NCBI GenBank assembly: GCA_965235115.1
Contig: OZ249436.1
Span: 15,192,001-15,256,000 of the forward strand
Origin: Laetmonice hystrix
Lineage: Eukaryota
DNA length: 64,000 nucleotides
Direction: 5' to 3'
The translations under genes were made by a program, and so were the position numbers. Below are positions 1 to 12,700 of the stretch, piece after piece. How positions within the stretch are numbered: the first letter of the stretch is position 1; each line of letters begins with the position of its first letter. Below the pieces are notes generated by a model that did not search any database, had not been told where the DNA came from, and saw only the letters and a program-made list of their open reading frames with translations.

Positions 1-467
1 AGTGCCAATGGCTGTTTGCCGTAAAGGTTTAATTATCAATGGCAAATGACGTTCTACGCCTTTCCTATATCAGATACCCAATCCCCAAGTAAAAAAACGA
101 TTACAGAGATGTTGCAGGCAACCGCCAGGGTGCTGTGCTGGAGCGGCGGCTCCAACTGCACTGCCACCTTCCGGCTACCGGTGGAATCACCACGTATACC
201 TGGCCGGGCTGCCAGGCACCTGTGGCGCTTAGGGGAGAGACAGGTTTCTGCAATGATAAGCGAAAAATGTCCTCATTTTTGATACGTCAATTTGAAACTA
301 CGCCCCCGAAATTATGATTGTTAGGCCAGATGTATAAATGTCAAACCTATTGGTCTCGTACGTTCGCTACAGATAAATGGTTGTGATATGTATACTTCCC
401 GTTTGAGTATCTTTTCCAAATTTTAACATTAGATGCTCCTCGCCTGTACCTTTCATTTCCACTACGT

Positions 468-705
468 CACTGTACTGTTTGCATGGGTAGTAGGCCAGCT
501 TGTAAGATGTACGGACTCTTCACTGTACTGTTTGGCCTCCCATTCTGCTTGGCCTAACGGTGTAGAATCTACTGTTTGGCCTCCCTGTACTGTTTGGCCT
601 CACTGTAGTGTTTGCTTGGGTACTAGGCCAGCCAGTACCTTGTGGGGATTCCTCACTGTACTGTTTGGCCTTCCTGTACTCTTTGGCCTCACTCTACTGC
701 TTGCT
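468..705. repeat. Internal subrepeat block of the monomer (first copy shown): 18-bp unit CACTGTACTGTTTGGCCT in 2-3 larger degenerate blocks
   Basis: CACTGTACTGTTTGGCCT and variants (CACTCTACTG, CCTGTACTCTTTGGCCT, CACAGTATACTGTTTGGCCT) recur in every monomer. The 839 and 857 bp monomer classes differ by one 18-mer. Confidence 0.93.
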
Positions 706-3700
706 TGTATACAACCGTAGCCAGTAGTATACGGATGCCTCTTGTTTCATGTTTGCATGCCTTTATTGTCCAGGAGGCAGGCCATACGTTTCGTCTATCA
801 TTTACTCCCATCTCATCTGTGTCCCCTACAGACCATCTGTAAGCGTCCGACAACGTTGTCAGGTAGTGCCAATGGCTGTTTGCCGAAAAAGTTTATTTAA
901 CAATGGCAAATGACGTTGTACGCCTTTCCTATATCAGATACCCCATTCCCAAGTAAAAAACGATTACAGAGATATTGCAGGCAACCGCCAGGGTGCTGTG
1001 CTGAAGCGGCGGCTCCAACTGCACTGCCACCTTCCGGCTACCGGTGGAATCACCATGTATACCTGGCCGGGCTGCCAGGCACCTGTGGCGCTTAGGGGAG
1101 AGACTGGTTTATGCAATGATAAGCGAAAAATGGCTTCATTTTTGATACGTCAATTTGAAACTACGCCCCGAAATTATGATTGTTAGGCCAGATATATAAA
1201 TGTCAAACGTATACGTCTCGTACGTTCGCTACAGATAAATGGTTGTGATATGTATACTTCCCGTTTGAATATCTTCTCCAAATTTTAACATTATATGCTC
1301 CTCGCCTGTACCTTTCATTTCCACTACGTCACTGTACTGTTTGCATGGGTAGTAGGCCAGCTGGTAAGATGTACGGACTCTTCACTGTACTGTTTGGCCT
1401 CCCATTCTGCTTGGCCTCACAGTATACTGTTTGGCCTCACTGTAGTGTTTGCTTGGGTACTAGGCCAGGCAGTACCTTGTGGGGATTCCTCACTCTACTG
1501 TTTGGCCTTCTTGTACTCTTTGGCCTCACTCTACTGCTTGCTTGTATACAACCGTAGCCAGTAGTATACGGATGCCTCATGTCTCATGTTTGCATGCCTT
1601 TATTGTCCAGGAGGCAGGCCATACGTCTCGTCTATCATTTACTCCCATCTCATCTGTGTCCCCTACAGACCATCTGTAAGGGTCCGACAACGTTGTCAGG
1701 TAGTGCCAATAGCTGTTTGCCGTAAAGGTTTAATTAACAATGGCAAATGACGTTCTACGCCTTTCCTATATCAGATATCCCATCCCCAAGTGAAAAACGA
1801 TTACAGAGATGTTGCAGGCAACCGCCAGGGTGCTGTGCTGAAGCGGTGGCTCCGACTGCACTGCCACCTTCCGGCTACCGGTGGAATCACCACGTTTACC
1901 TGGCCGGGCTGGCAGCCACCTGTGGCGCTTAGGGGAGAGACAGGTTTCTGCAATGATAAGCGAAAAATGGCCTCATTTTTATACGTCAATTTGAAACTAC
2001 GCCCCCGAAATTATGATGGTTAGGCCAGATGTATAAATGTCAAACCTATTGGTCTCGTACGTTCGCTACAGATAAATGGTTGTGATATGTATACTTCCCG
2101 TTTGAGTATCATTTCCAAATTTTAACATTAGATGCTCCTCGCCTGTACCTTTCATTTCCACTACGTCACTGTACTGTTTGGATGGGTAGTAGGCCAGCTT
2201 GTAAGATGTACGGACTCTTCACTGTACTGTTTGGCCTCCCATTCTGCTTTGCCTAACGGTATAGAATCTACTGTTTGGCCTCCCTGTACTGTTTGGCCTC
2301 ACTATAGTGTTTGCTTGGGTACTAGGCCAGCCAGTACCTTGTGGGGATTCCTCACTGTACTGTTTGGCCTTCCTGTACTCTTTGGCCTCACTCTACTGCT
2401 TGCTTGTATACAACCGTAGCCAGTAGTATACGGATGCCTCTTGTTTCATGTTTGCATGCCTTTATTGTCCAGGAGGCAGGCCATACGTTTCGTCTATCAT
2501 TTACTCCCATCTCATCTGTGTCCCCTACAGACCATCTGTAAGGGTCCGACAACGTTGTCAGGTAGTGCCAATGGCTGTTTGCCGAAAAAGTTTATTTAAC
2601 AATGGCAAATGACGTTGTACGCCTTTCCTATATCAGATACCCAATCCCCAAGTAAAAAAACGATTACAGAGATGTTGCAGGCAACCGCCAGGGTGCTGTG
2701 CTGGAGCGGCGGCTCCAACTGCACTGCCACCTTCCGGCTACCGGTGGAATCACCACGTATACCTGGCCGGGCTGCCAGGCACCTGTGGCGCTTAGGGGAG
2801 AGACAGGTTTCTGCAATGATAAGCGAAAAATGTTCTCATTTTTGATACGTCAATTTGAAACTACGCCCCCGAAATTATGATTGTTAGGCCAGATATATAA
2901 ATGTCAAACGTATACGTCTCGTACGTTCGCTACAGATAAATGGTTGTGATATGTATACTTCCCGTTTGAATATCTTCTCCAAATTTTAACATTAGATGCT
3001 CCTCGCCTGTACCTTTCATTTCCACTACGTCACTGTATGGTTTGCATGGGTAGTAGGCCAGCTGGTAAGATGTACGGACTCTTCACTGTACTGTTTGGCC
3101 TCCCATTCTGCTTGGCCTCACAGTATACTGTTTGGCCTCACTGTAGTGTTTGCTTGGGTACTAGGCCAGGCAGTACCTTGTGGGGATTCCTCACTGTACT
3201 GTTTGGCCTTCTTGTACTCTTTGGCCTCACTCTACTGCTTGCTTGTATACAACCATAGCCAGTAGTATACGGATGCCTCATGTTTCATGTTTGCATGCCT
3301 TTATTGTCCAGGAGGCAGGCCATACGTTTCGTCAATCATTTACTCCCATCTCATCTGTGTCCCCTACAGACCATCTGTAAGGGTCCGACAACGTTGTCAG
3401 GTAGTGCCAATGGCTGTTTGCCGTAAAGGTTTAATTATCAATGGCAAATGACGTTCTACGCCTTTCCTATATCAGATACCCAATCCCCAAGTAAAAAAAC
3501 GATTACAGAGATGTTGCAGGCAACCGCCAGGGTGCTGTGCTGGAGCGGCGGCTCCAACTGCACTGCCACCTTCCGGCTACCGGTGGAATCACCACGTATA
3601 CCTGGCCGGGCTGCCAGGCACCTGTGGCGCTTAGGGGAGAGACAGGTTTCTGCAATGATAAGCGAAAAATGTCCTCATTTTTGATACGTCAATTTGAAAC

Positions 3701-6700
3701 TACGCCCCCGAAATTATGATTGTTAGGCCAGATGTATAAATGTCAAACCTATTGGTCTCGTACGTTCGCTACAGATAAATGGTTGTGATATGTATACTTC
3801 CCGTTTGAGTATCTTGTCCAAATTTTAACATTAGATGCTCCTCGCCTGTACCTTTCATTTCCACTGCGTCACTGTACTGTTTGCATGGGTAGTAGGCCAG
3901 CTTGTAAGATGTACGGACTCTTCACTGTACTGTTTGGCCCCCCATTCTGCTTGGCCTCACAGTATACTGTTTGGCCTCACTGTACTGTTTGGCCTCACTG
4001 TAGTGTTTGCTTGGGTACTAGGCCAGGCAGTACCTTCTGGGGATTCCTCACTGTACTGTTTGGCCTCACTCTACTGCTTGCTTGTATACAACCGTAGCCA
4101 GTAGTGTACGGATGCCTCATGTTTCATGTTTGCATGCCTTTATTGTCCAGGAGGCAGGCCATACGTTTCGTCTATCATTTACTCCCATCTCATCTGTGTC
4201 CCCTACAGACCATCTGTAAGGGTCCGACAACGTTGTCAGGTAGTGCCAATGGCTGTTTGCCGAAAAAGTTTATTTAACAATGGCAAATGACGTTGTACGC
4301 CTTTCCTATATCAGATACCCAATCCCCAAGTAAAAAAACGATTACAGAGATGTTGCAGGCAACCGCCAGGGTGCTGTGCTGGAGCGGCGGCTCCAACTGC
4401 ACTGCCACCTTCCGGCTACCGGTGGAATCACCACGTATACCTGGCCGGGCTTCCAGGCACCTGTGGCGCTTAGGGGAGAGACAGGTTTCTGCAATGATAA
4501 GTGAAAAAAGGCCTCATTTTTGATACGTCAATTTCAAACTACGCCCCCGAAATTATGATTGTTAGGCCAGATCTATAAATGTCAAACCTATTGGTCTCGT
4601 ACGTTCGCTACAGATAAATAGTTGTGATATGTATATTTCGCATTTGAGTATCTTCTCCACATTTTAACATTAGATGCTCCTCGCCTGTATATTTCATTTC
4701 CACTACCTCACTTTACTGTTTGCATGGGTAGTAGGCCAGCTGGTAAGATGTACGGATTCCTCACTGTACTGTTTGGCCTCCTATACTGCTTTGCCTCACT
4801 GTCCTCTTTGGCCTCACTGTAGTGTTTGCTTGGGTACTAGGCCAGGCAGTACCTTGTGGGGATTCCTCACTCTACTGTTTGGCCTTCCTGTACTCTTTGG
4901 CCTCACTCTACTGCTTGCTTGTATACAACCGTAGCCAGTAGTATACGGATGCCTCATGTTTCATGTTTGCATGCCTTTATTGTCCAGGAGGCAGGCCATA
5001 CGTTTCGTCTATCATTTACTCCCATCTCATCTGTGTCCCCTACAGACCATCTGTAAGGGTCCGACAACGTTGTCAGGTAGTGCCAATGGCTGTTTGCCGA
5101 AAAAGTTTATTTAACAATGGCAAATGACGTTGTACGCCTTTCCTATATCAGATACCCAATCCCCAAGTAAAAAAACGATTACAGAGATGTTGCAGGCAAC
5201 CGCCAGGGTGCTGTGCTGGAGCGGCGGCTCCAACTGCACTGCCACCTTCCGGCTACCGGTGGAATCACCACGTATACCTGGCCGGGCTGCCAGGCACCTG
5301 TGGCGCTTAGGGGAGAGACAGGTTTCTGCAATGATAAGCGAAAAATGTTCTCATTTTTGATACGTCAATTTGAAACTACGCCCCCGAAATTATGATTGTT
5401 AGGCCAGATATATAAATGTCAAACGTATACGTCTCGTACGTTCGCTACAGATAAATGGTTGTGATATGTATACTTCCCGTTTGAATATCTTCTCCAAATT
5501 TTAACATTAGATGCTCCTCGCCTGTACCTTTCATTTCCACTACGTCACTGTATGGTTTGCATGGGTAGTAGGCCAGCTGGTAAGATGTACGGACTCTTCA
5601 CTGTACTGTTTGGCCTCCCATTCTGCTTGGCCTCACAGTATACTGTTTGGCCTCACTGTAGTGTTTGCTTGGGTACTAGGCCAGGCAGTACCTTGTGGGG
5701 ATTCCTCACTGTACTGTTTGGCCTTCTTGTACTCTTTGGCCTCACTCTACTGCTTGCTTGTATACAACCATAGCCAGTAGTATACGGATGCCTCATGTTT
5801 CATGTTTGCATGCCTTTATTGTCCAGGAGGCAGGCCATACGTTTCGTCAATCATTTACTCCCATCTCATCTGTGTCCCCTACAGACCATCTGTAAGGGTC
5901 CGACAACGTTGTCAGGTAGTGCCAATGGCTGTTTGCCGTAAAGGTTTAATTATCAATGGCAAATGACGTTCTACGCCTTTCCTATATCAGATACCCAATC
6001 CCCAAGTAAAAAAACGATTACAGAGATGTTGCAGGCAACCGCCAGGGTGCTGTGCTGGAGCGGCGGCTCCAACTGCACTGCCACCTTCCGGCTACCGGTG
6101 GAATCACCACGTATACCTGGCCGGGCTGCCAGGCACCTGTGGCGCTTAGGGGAGAGACAGGTTTCTGCAATGATAAGCGAAAAATGTCCTCATTTTTGAT
6201 ACGTCAATTTGAAACTACGCCCCCGAAATTATGATTGTTAGGCCAGATGTATAAATGTCAAACCTATTGGTCTCGTACGTTCGCTACAGATAAATGGTTG
6301 TGATATGTATACTTCCCGTTTGAGTATCTTGTCCAAATTTTAACATTAGATGCTCCTCGCCTGTACCTTTCATTTCCACTGCGTCACTGTACTGTTTGCA
6401 TGGGTAGTAGGCCAGCTTGTAAGATGTACGGACTCTTCACTGTACTGTTTGGCCTCCCATTCTGCTTGGCCTCACAGTATACTGTTTGGCCTCACTGTAC
6501 TGTTTGGCCTCACTGTAGTGTTTGCTTGGGTACTAGGCCAGGCAGTACCTTCTGGGGATTCCTCACTGTACTGTTTGGCCTCACTCTACTGCTTGCTTGT
6601 ATACAACCGTAGCCAGTAGTATACGGATGCCTCATGTTTCATGTTTGCATGCCTTTATTGTCCAGGAGGCAGGCCATACGTTTCGTCTATCATTTACTCC

Positions 6701-9700
6701 CATCTCATCTGTGTCCCCTACAGACCATCTGTAAGGGTCCGACAACGTTGTCAGGTAGTGCCAATGGCTGTTTGCCGAAAAAGTTTATTTAACAATGGCA
6801 AATGACGTTGTACGCCTTTCCTATATCAGATACCCAATCCCCAGGTAAAAAAACGATTACAGAGATGTTGCAGGCAACCGCCAGGGTGCTGTGCTGGAGC
6901 GGCGGCTCCAACTGCACTGCCACCTTCCGGCTACCGGTGGAATCACCACGTATACCTGGCCGGACTGCCAGGCACCTGTAGCGCTTAGGGGAGAGACAGG
7001 TTTCTGCAATGATAAGCGAAAAATGTCCTCATTTTTGATACGTCAATTTGAAACTGCGCCCCCGAAATTATGATTGTTAGGCCAGATGTATAAATGTCAA
7101 ACCTATTGGTCTCGTACGTTCGCTACAGATAAATGGTTGTGATATGTATACTTCCCGTTTGAGTATCTTGTCCAAATTTTAACATTATATGCTCCTCGCC
7201 TGTACCTTTCATTTCCACTGCGTCACTGTACTGTTTGCATGGGTAGTAGGCCAGCTTGTAAGATGTACGGACTCTTCACTGTACTGTTTGGCCTCCCATT
7301 CTGCTTGGCCTCACAGTATACTGTTTGGCCTCACTGTACTGTTTGGCCTCACTGTAGTGTTTGCTTGGGTACTAGGCCAGGCAGTACCTTCTGGGGATTC
7401 CTCACTGTACTGTTTGGCCTTCCTGTACTCTTTGGCCTCACTCTACTGCTTGCTTGTATACAACCGTAGCCAGTAGTGTACGGATGCCTCATGTTTCATG
7501 TTTGCATGCCTTTGTTGTCCAGGAGGCAGGCCATACGTTTCGTCTATCATTTACTCCCATCTCATCTGTGTCCCCTACAGACCATCTGTAAGGGTCCGAC
7601 AACGTTGTCAGGTAGTGCCAATGGCTGTTTGCCGTAAAGGTTTAATTAACAATGGCAAATGACGTTCTACGCCTTTCCTATATCAGATATCCCATCACCA
7701 AGTGAAAAACGATTACAGAGATGTTGCAGACAACCGCCAGGGTGCTGTGCTGACGCGGTGACTCCGACTGCACTGCCACCTTCCGGCTACCGGTGGAATC
7801 ACCACGTATACCTGGCACGGCTTCCAGGCACCTGTGGCGCTTAGGGGAGAGACAGGTTTCTGCAATGATAAGTGAAAAAAGGCCTCATTTTTGATACGTC
7901 CATTTCAAACTACGCCCCCGAAATTATGATTGTTAGGCCAGATCTATAAATGTCAAACCTATTGGTCTCGTACGTTCGCTACAGATAAATAGTTGTGATA
8001 TGTATATTTCGCATTTGAGTATCTTCTCCACATTTTAACATTAGATGCTCCTCGCCTGTATATTTCATTTCCACTACCTCACTTTACTGTTTGCATGGGT
8101 AGTAGGCCAGCTGGTAAGATGTACGGATTCCTCACTGTACTGTTTGGCCTCCTATACTGCTTTGCCTCACTGTCCTCTTTGGCCTCACTGTAGTGTTTGC
8201 TTGGGTACTAGGCCAGGCAGTACCTTGTGGGGATTCCTCACTCTACTGTTTGGCCTTCCTGTACTCTTTGGCCTCACTCTACTGCTTGCTTGTATACAAC
8301 CGTAGCCAGTAGTATACGGATGCCTCATGTTTCATGTTTGCATGCCTTTATTGTCCAGGAGGCAGGCCATACGTTTCGTCTATCATTTACTCCCATCTCA
8401 TCTGTGTCCCCTACAGACCATCTGTAAGGGTCCGACAACGTTGTCAGGTAGTGCCAATGGCTGTTTGCCGAAAAAGTTTATTTAACAATGGCAAATGACG
8501 TTGTACGCCTTTCCTATATCAGATACCCAATCCCCAAGTAAAAAAACGATTACAGAGATGTTGCAGGCAACCGCCAGGGTGCTGTGCTGGAGCGGCGGCT
8601 CCAACTGCACTGCCACCTTCCGGCTACCGGTGGAATCACCACGTATACCTGGCCGGGCTGCCAGGCACCTGTGGCGCTTAGGGGAGAGACAGGTTTCTGC
8701 AATGATAAGCGAAAAATGTTCTCATTTTTGATACGTCAATTTGAAACTACGCCCCCGAAATTATGATTGTTAGGCCAGATATATAAATGTCAAACGTATA
8801 CGTCTCGTACGTTCGCTACAGATAAATGGTTGTGATATGTATACTTCCCGTTTGAATATCTTCTCCAAATTTTAACATTAGATGCTCCTCGCCTGTACCT
8901 TTCATTTCCACTACGTCACTGTATGGTTTGCATGGGTAGTAGGCCAGCTGGTAAGATGTACGGACTCTTCACTGTACTGTTTGGCCTCCCATTCTGCTTG
9001 GCCTCACAGTATACTGTTTGGCCTCACTGTAGTGTTTGCTTGGGTACTAGGCCAGGCAGTACCTTGTGGGGATTCCTCACTGTACTGTTTGGCCTTCTTG
9101 TACTCTTTGGCCTCACTCTACTGCTTGCTTGTATACAACCATAGCCAGTAGTATACGGATGCCTCATGTTTCATGTTTGCATGCCTTTATTGTCCAGGAG
9201 GCAGGCCATACGTTTCGTCAATCATTTACTCCCATCTCATCTGTGTCCCCTACAGACCATCTGTAAGTGTTCGACAACGTTGTCAGGTAGTGCCAATGGC
9301 TGTTTGCCGTAAAGGTTTAATTAACAATGGCAAATGACGTTCTACGCCTTTCCTATATGAGATACCCAATCCCCAAGTAAAAAAACGATTACAGAGATGT
9401 TGCAGGCAACCGCCAGGGTGCTGTGCTGGAGCGGCGGCTCCAACTGCACTGCCACCTTCCGGCTACCGGTGGAATCACCACGTATACCTGGCCGGGCTGC
9501 CAGGCACCTGTGGCGCTTAGGGGAGAGACAGGTTTCTGCAATGATAAGCGAAAAATGTCCTCATTTTTGATACGTCAATTTGAAACTGCGCCCCCGAAAT
9601 TATGATTGTTAGGCCAGATGTATAAATGTCAAACCTATTGGTCTCGTACGTTCGCTACAGATAAATGGTTGTGATATGTATACTTCCCGTTTGAGTATCT

Positions 9701-12700
9701 TGTCCAAATTTTAACATTATATGCTCCTCGCCTGTACCTTTCATTTCCACTACGTCACTGTACTGTTTGCATGGGTAGTAGGCCAGCTGGTAAGATGTAC
9801 GGACTCTTCACTGTACTGTTTGGCCTCCCATTCTGCTTGGCCTCACAGTATACTGTTTGGCCTCACTGTACTGTTTGGCCTCACTGTAGTGTTTGCTTGG
9901 GTACTAGGCCAGGCAGTACCTTGTGGGGATTCCTCACTGTACTGTTTGGCCTTCCTGTACTCTTTGGCCTCACTCTACTGCTTGCTTGTATACAACCGTA
10001 GCCAGTAGTGTACGGATGCCTCATGTTTCATGTTTGCATGCCTTTGTTGTCCAGGAGGCAGGCCATACGTTTCGTCTATCATTTACTCCCATCTCATCTG
10101 TGTCCCCTACAGACCATCTGTAAGGGTCCGACAACGTTGTCAGGTAGTGCCAATGGCTGTTTGCCGTAAAGGTTTAATTAACAATGGCAAATGACGTTCT
10201 ACGCCTTTCCTATATCAGATATCCCATCACCAAGTGAAAAACGATTACAGAGATGTTGCAGACAACCGCCAGGGTGCTGTGCTGACGCGGTGACTCCGAC
10301 TGCACTGCCACCTTCCGGCTACCGGTGGAATCACCACGTATACCTGGCACGGCTTCCAGGCACCTGTGGCGCTTAGGGGAGAGACAGGTTTCTGCAATGA
10401 TAAGTGAAAAAAGGCCTCATTTTTGATACGTCAATTTCAAACTACGCCCCCGAAATTATGATTGTTAGGCCAGATCTATAAATGTCAAACCTATTGGTCT
10501 CGTACGTTCGCTACAGATAAATAGTTGTGATATGTATATTTCGCATTTGAGTATCTTCTCCACATTTTAACATTAGATGCTCCTCGCCTGTATATTTCAT
10601 TTCCACTACCTCACTTTACTGTTTGCATGGGTAGTAGGCCAGCTGGTAAGATGTACGGATTCCTCACTGTACTGTTTGGCCTCCTATACTGCTTTGCCTC
10701 ACTGTCCTCTTTGGCCTCACTGTAGTGTTTGCTTAGGTACTAGGCCAGGCAGTACCTTGTGGGGATTCCTCACTCTACTGTTTGGCCTTCCTGTACTCTT
10801 TGGCCTCACTCTACTGCTTGCTTGTATACAACCGTAGCCAGTAGTATACGGATGCCTCATGTTTCATGTTTGCATGCCTTTATTGTCCAGGAGGCAGGCC
10901 ATACGTTTCGTCTATCATTTACTCCCATCTCATCTGTGTCCCCTACAGACCATCTGTAAGGGTCCGACAACGTTGTCAGGTAGTGCCAATGGCTGTTTGC
11001 CGAAAAAGTTTATTTAACAATGGCAAATGACGTTGTACGCCTTTCCTATATCAGATACCCAATCCCCAAGTAAAAAAACGATTACAGAGATGTTGCAGGC
11101 AACCGCCAGGGTGCTGTGCTGGAGCGGCGGCTCCAACTGCACTGCCACCTTCCGGCTACCGGTGGAATCACCACGTATACCTGGCCGGGCTGCCAGGCAC
11201 CTGTGGCGCTTAGGGGAGAGACAGGTTTCTGCAATGATAAGCGAAAAATGTTCTCATTTTGATACGTCAATTTGAAACTACGCCCCCGAAATTATGATTG
11301 TTAGGCCAGATATATAAATGTCAAACGTATACGTCTCGTACGTTCGCTACAGATAAATGGTTGTGATATGTATACTTCCCGTTTGAATATCTTCTCCAAA
11401 TTTTAACATTAGATGCTCCTCGCCTGTACCTTTCATTTCCACTACGTCACTGTATGGTTTGCATGGGTAGTAGGCCAGCTGGTAAGATGTACGGACTCTT
11501 CACTGTACTGTTTGGCCTCCCATTCTGCTTGGCCTCACAGTATACTGTTTGGCCTCACTGTAGTGTTTGCTTGGGTACTAGGCCAGGCAGTACCTTGTGG
11601 GGATTCCTCACTGTACTGTTTGGCCTTCTTGTACTCTTTGGCCTCACTCTACTGCTTGCTTGTATACAACCATAGCCAGTAGTATACGGATGCCTCATGT
11701 TTCATGTTTGCATGCCTTTATTGTCCAGGAGGCAGGCCATACGTTTCGTCAATCATTTACTCCCATCTCATCTGTGTCCCCTACAGACCATCTGTAAGGG
11801 TCCGACAACGTTGTCAGGTAGTGCCAATGGCTGTTTGCCGTAAAGGTTTAATTATCAATGGCAAATGACGTTCTACGCCTTTCCTATATCAGATACCCAA
11901 TCCCCAAGTAAAAAAACGATTACAGAGATGTTGCAGGCAACCGCCAGGGTGCTGTGCTGGAGCGGCGGCTCCAACTGCACTGCCACCTTCCGGCTACCGG
12001 TGGAATCACCACGTATACCTGGCCGGACTGCCAGGCACCTGTAGCGCTTAGGGGAGAGACAGGTTTCGGCAATGATAAGCGAAAAATGTCCTCATTTTTG
12101 ATACGTCAATTTGAAACTGCGCCCCCGAAATTATGATTGTTAGGCCAGATGTATAAATGTCAAACCTATTGGTCTCGTACGTTCGCTACAGATAAATGGT
12201 TGTGATATGTATACTTCCCGTTTGAGTATCTTGTCCAAATTTTAACATTATATGCTCCTCGCCTGTACCTTTCATTTCCACTGCGTCACTGTACTGTTTG
12301 CATGGGTAGTAGGCCAGCTTGTAAGATGTACGGACTCTTCACTGTACTGTTTGGCCTCCCATTCTGCTTGGCCTCACAGTATACTGTTTGGCCTCACTGT
12401 ACTGTTTGGCCTCACTGTAGTGTTTGCTTGGGTACTAGGCCAGGCAGTACCTTCTGGGGATTCCTCACTGTACTGTTTGGCCTCACTCTACTGCTTGCTT
12501 GTATACAACCGTAGCCAGTAGTATACGGATGCCTCATGTTTCATGTTTGCATGCCTTTATTGTCCAGGAGGCAGGCCATACGTTTCGTCTATCATTTACT
12601 CCCATCTCATCTGTGTCCCCTACAGACCATCTGTAAGGGTCCGACAACGTTGTCAGGTAGTGCCAATGGCTGTTTGCCGAAAAAGTTTATTTAACAATGG

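Noticed and set aside
27..60. GGTTTAATTA matching the start of nematode spliced leader SL1
   Set aside because: Only 10 nt match, there is no donor at the expected position, and many monomers have AGTTTATTTA instead.
190..290. (T/A)TACCTGG like the U1 snRNA 5' end, with a downstream ATTTTTGA like an Sm site
   Set aside because: The rest does not resemble U1 or any other snRNA, 5S rRNA or tRNA that I can recognise. An Rfam search would settle it.
468..705. Interspaced 18-bp repeats resembling a CRISPR array
   Set aside because: The repeats are degenerate and mostly adjacent, the intervening sequences are the same in every monomer, there are no cas genes, and the context is eukaryotic.
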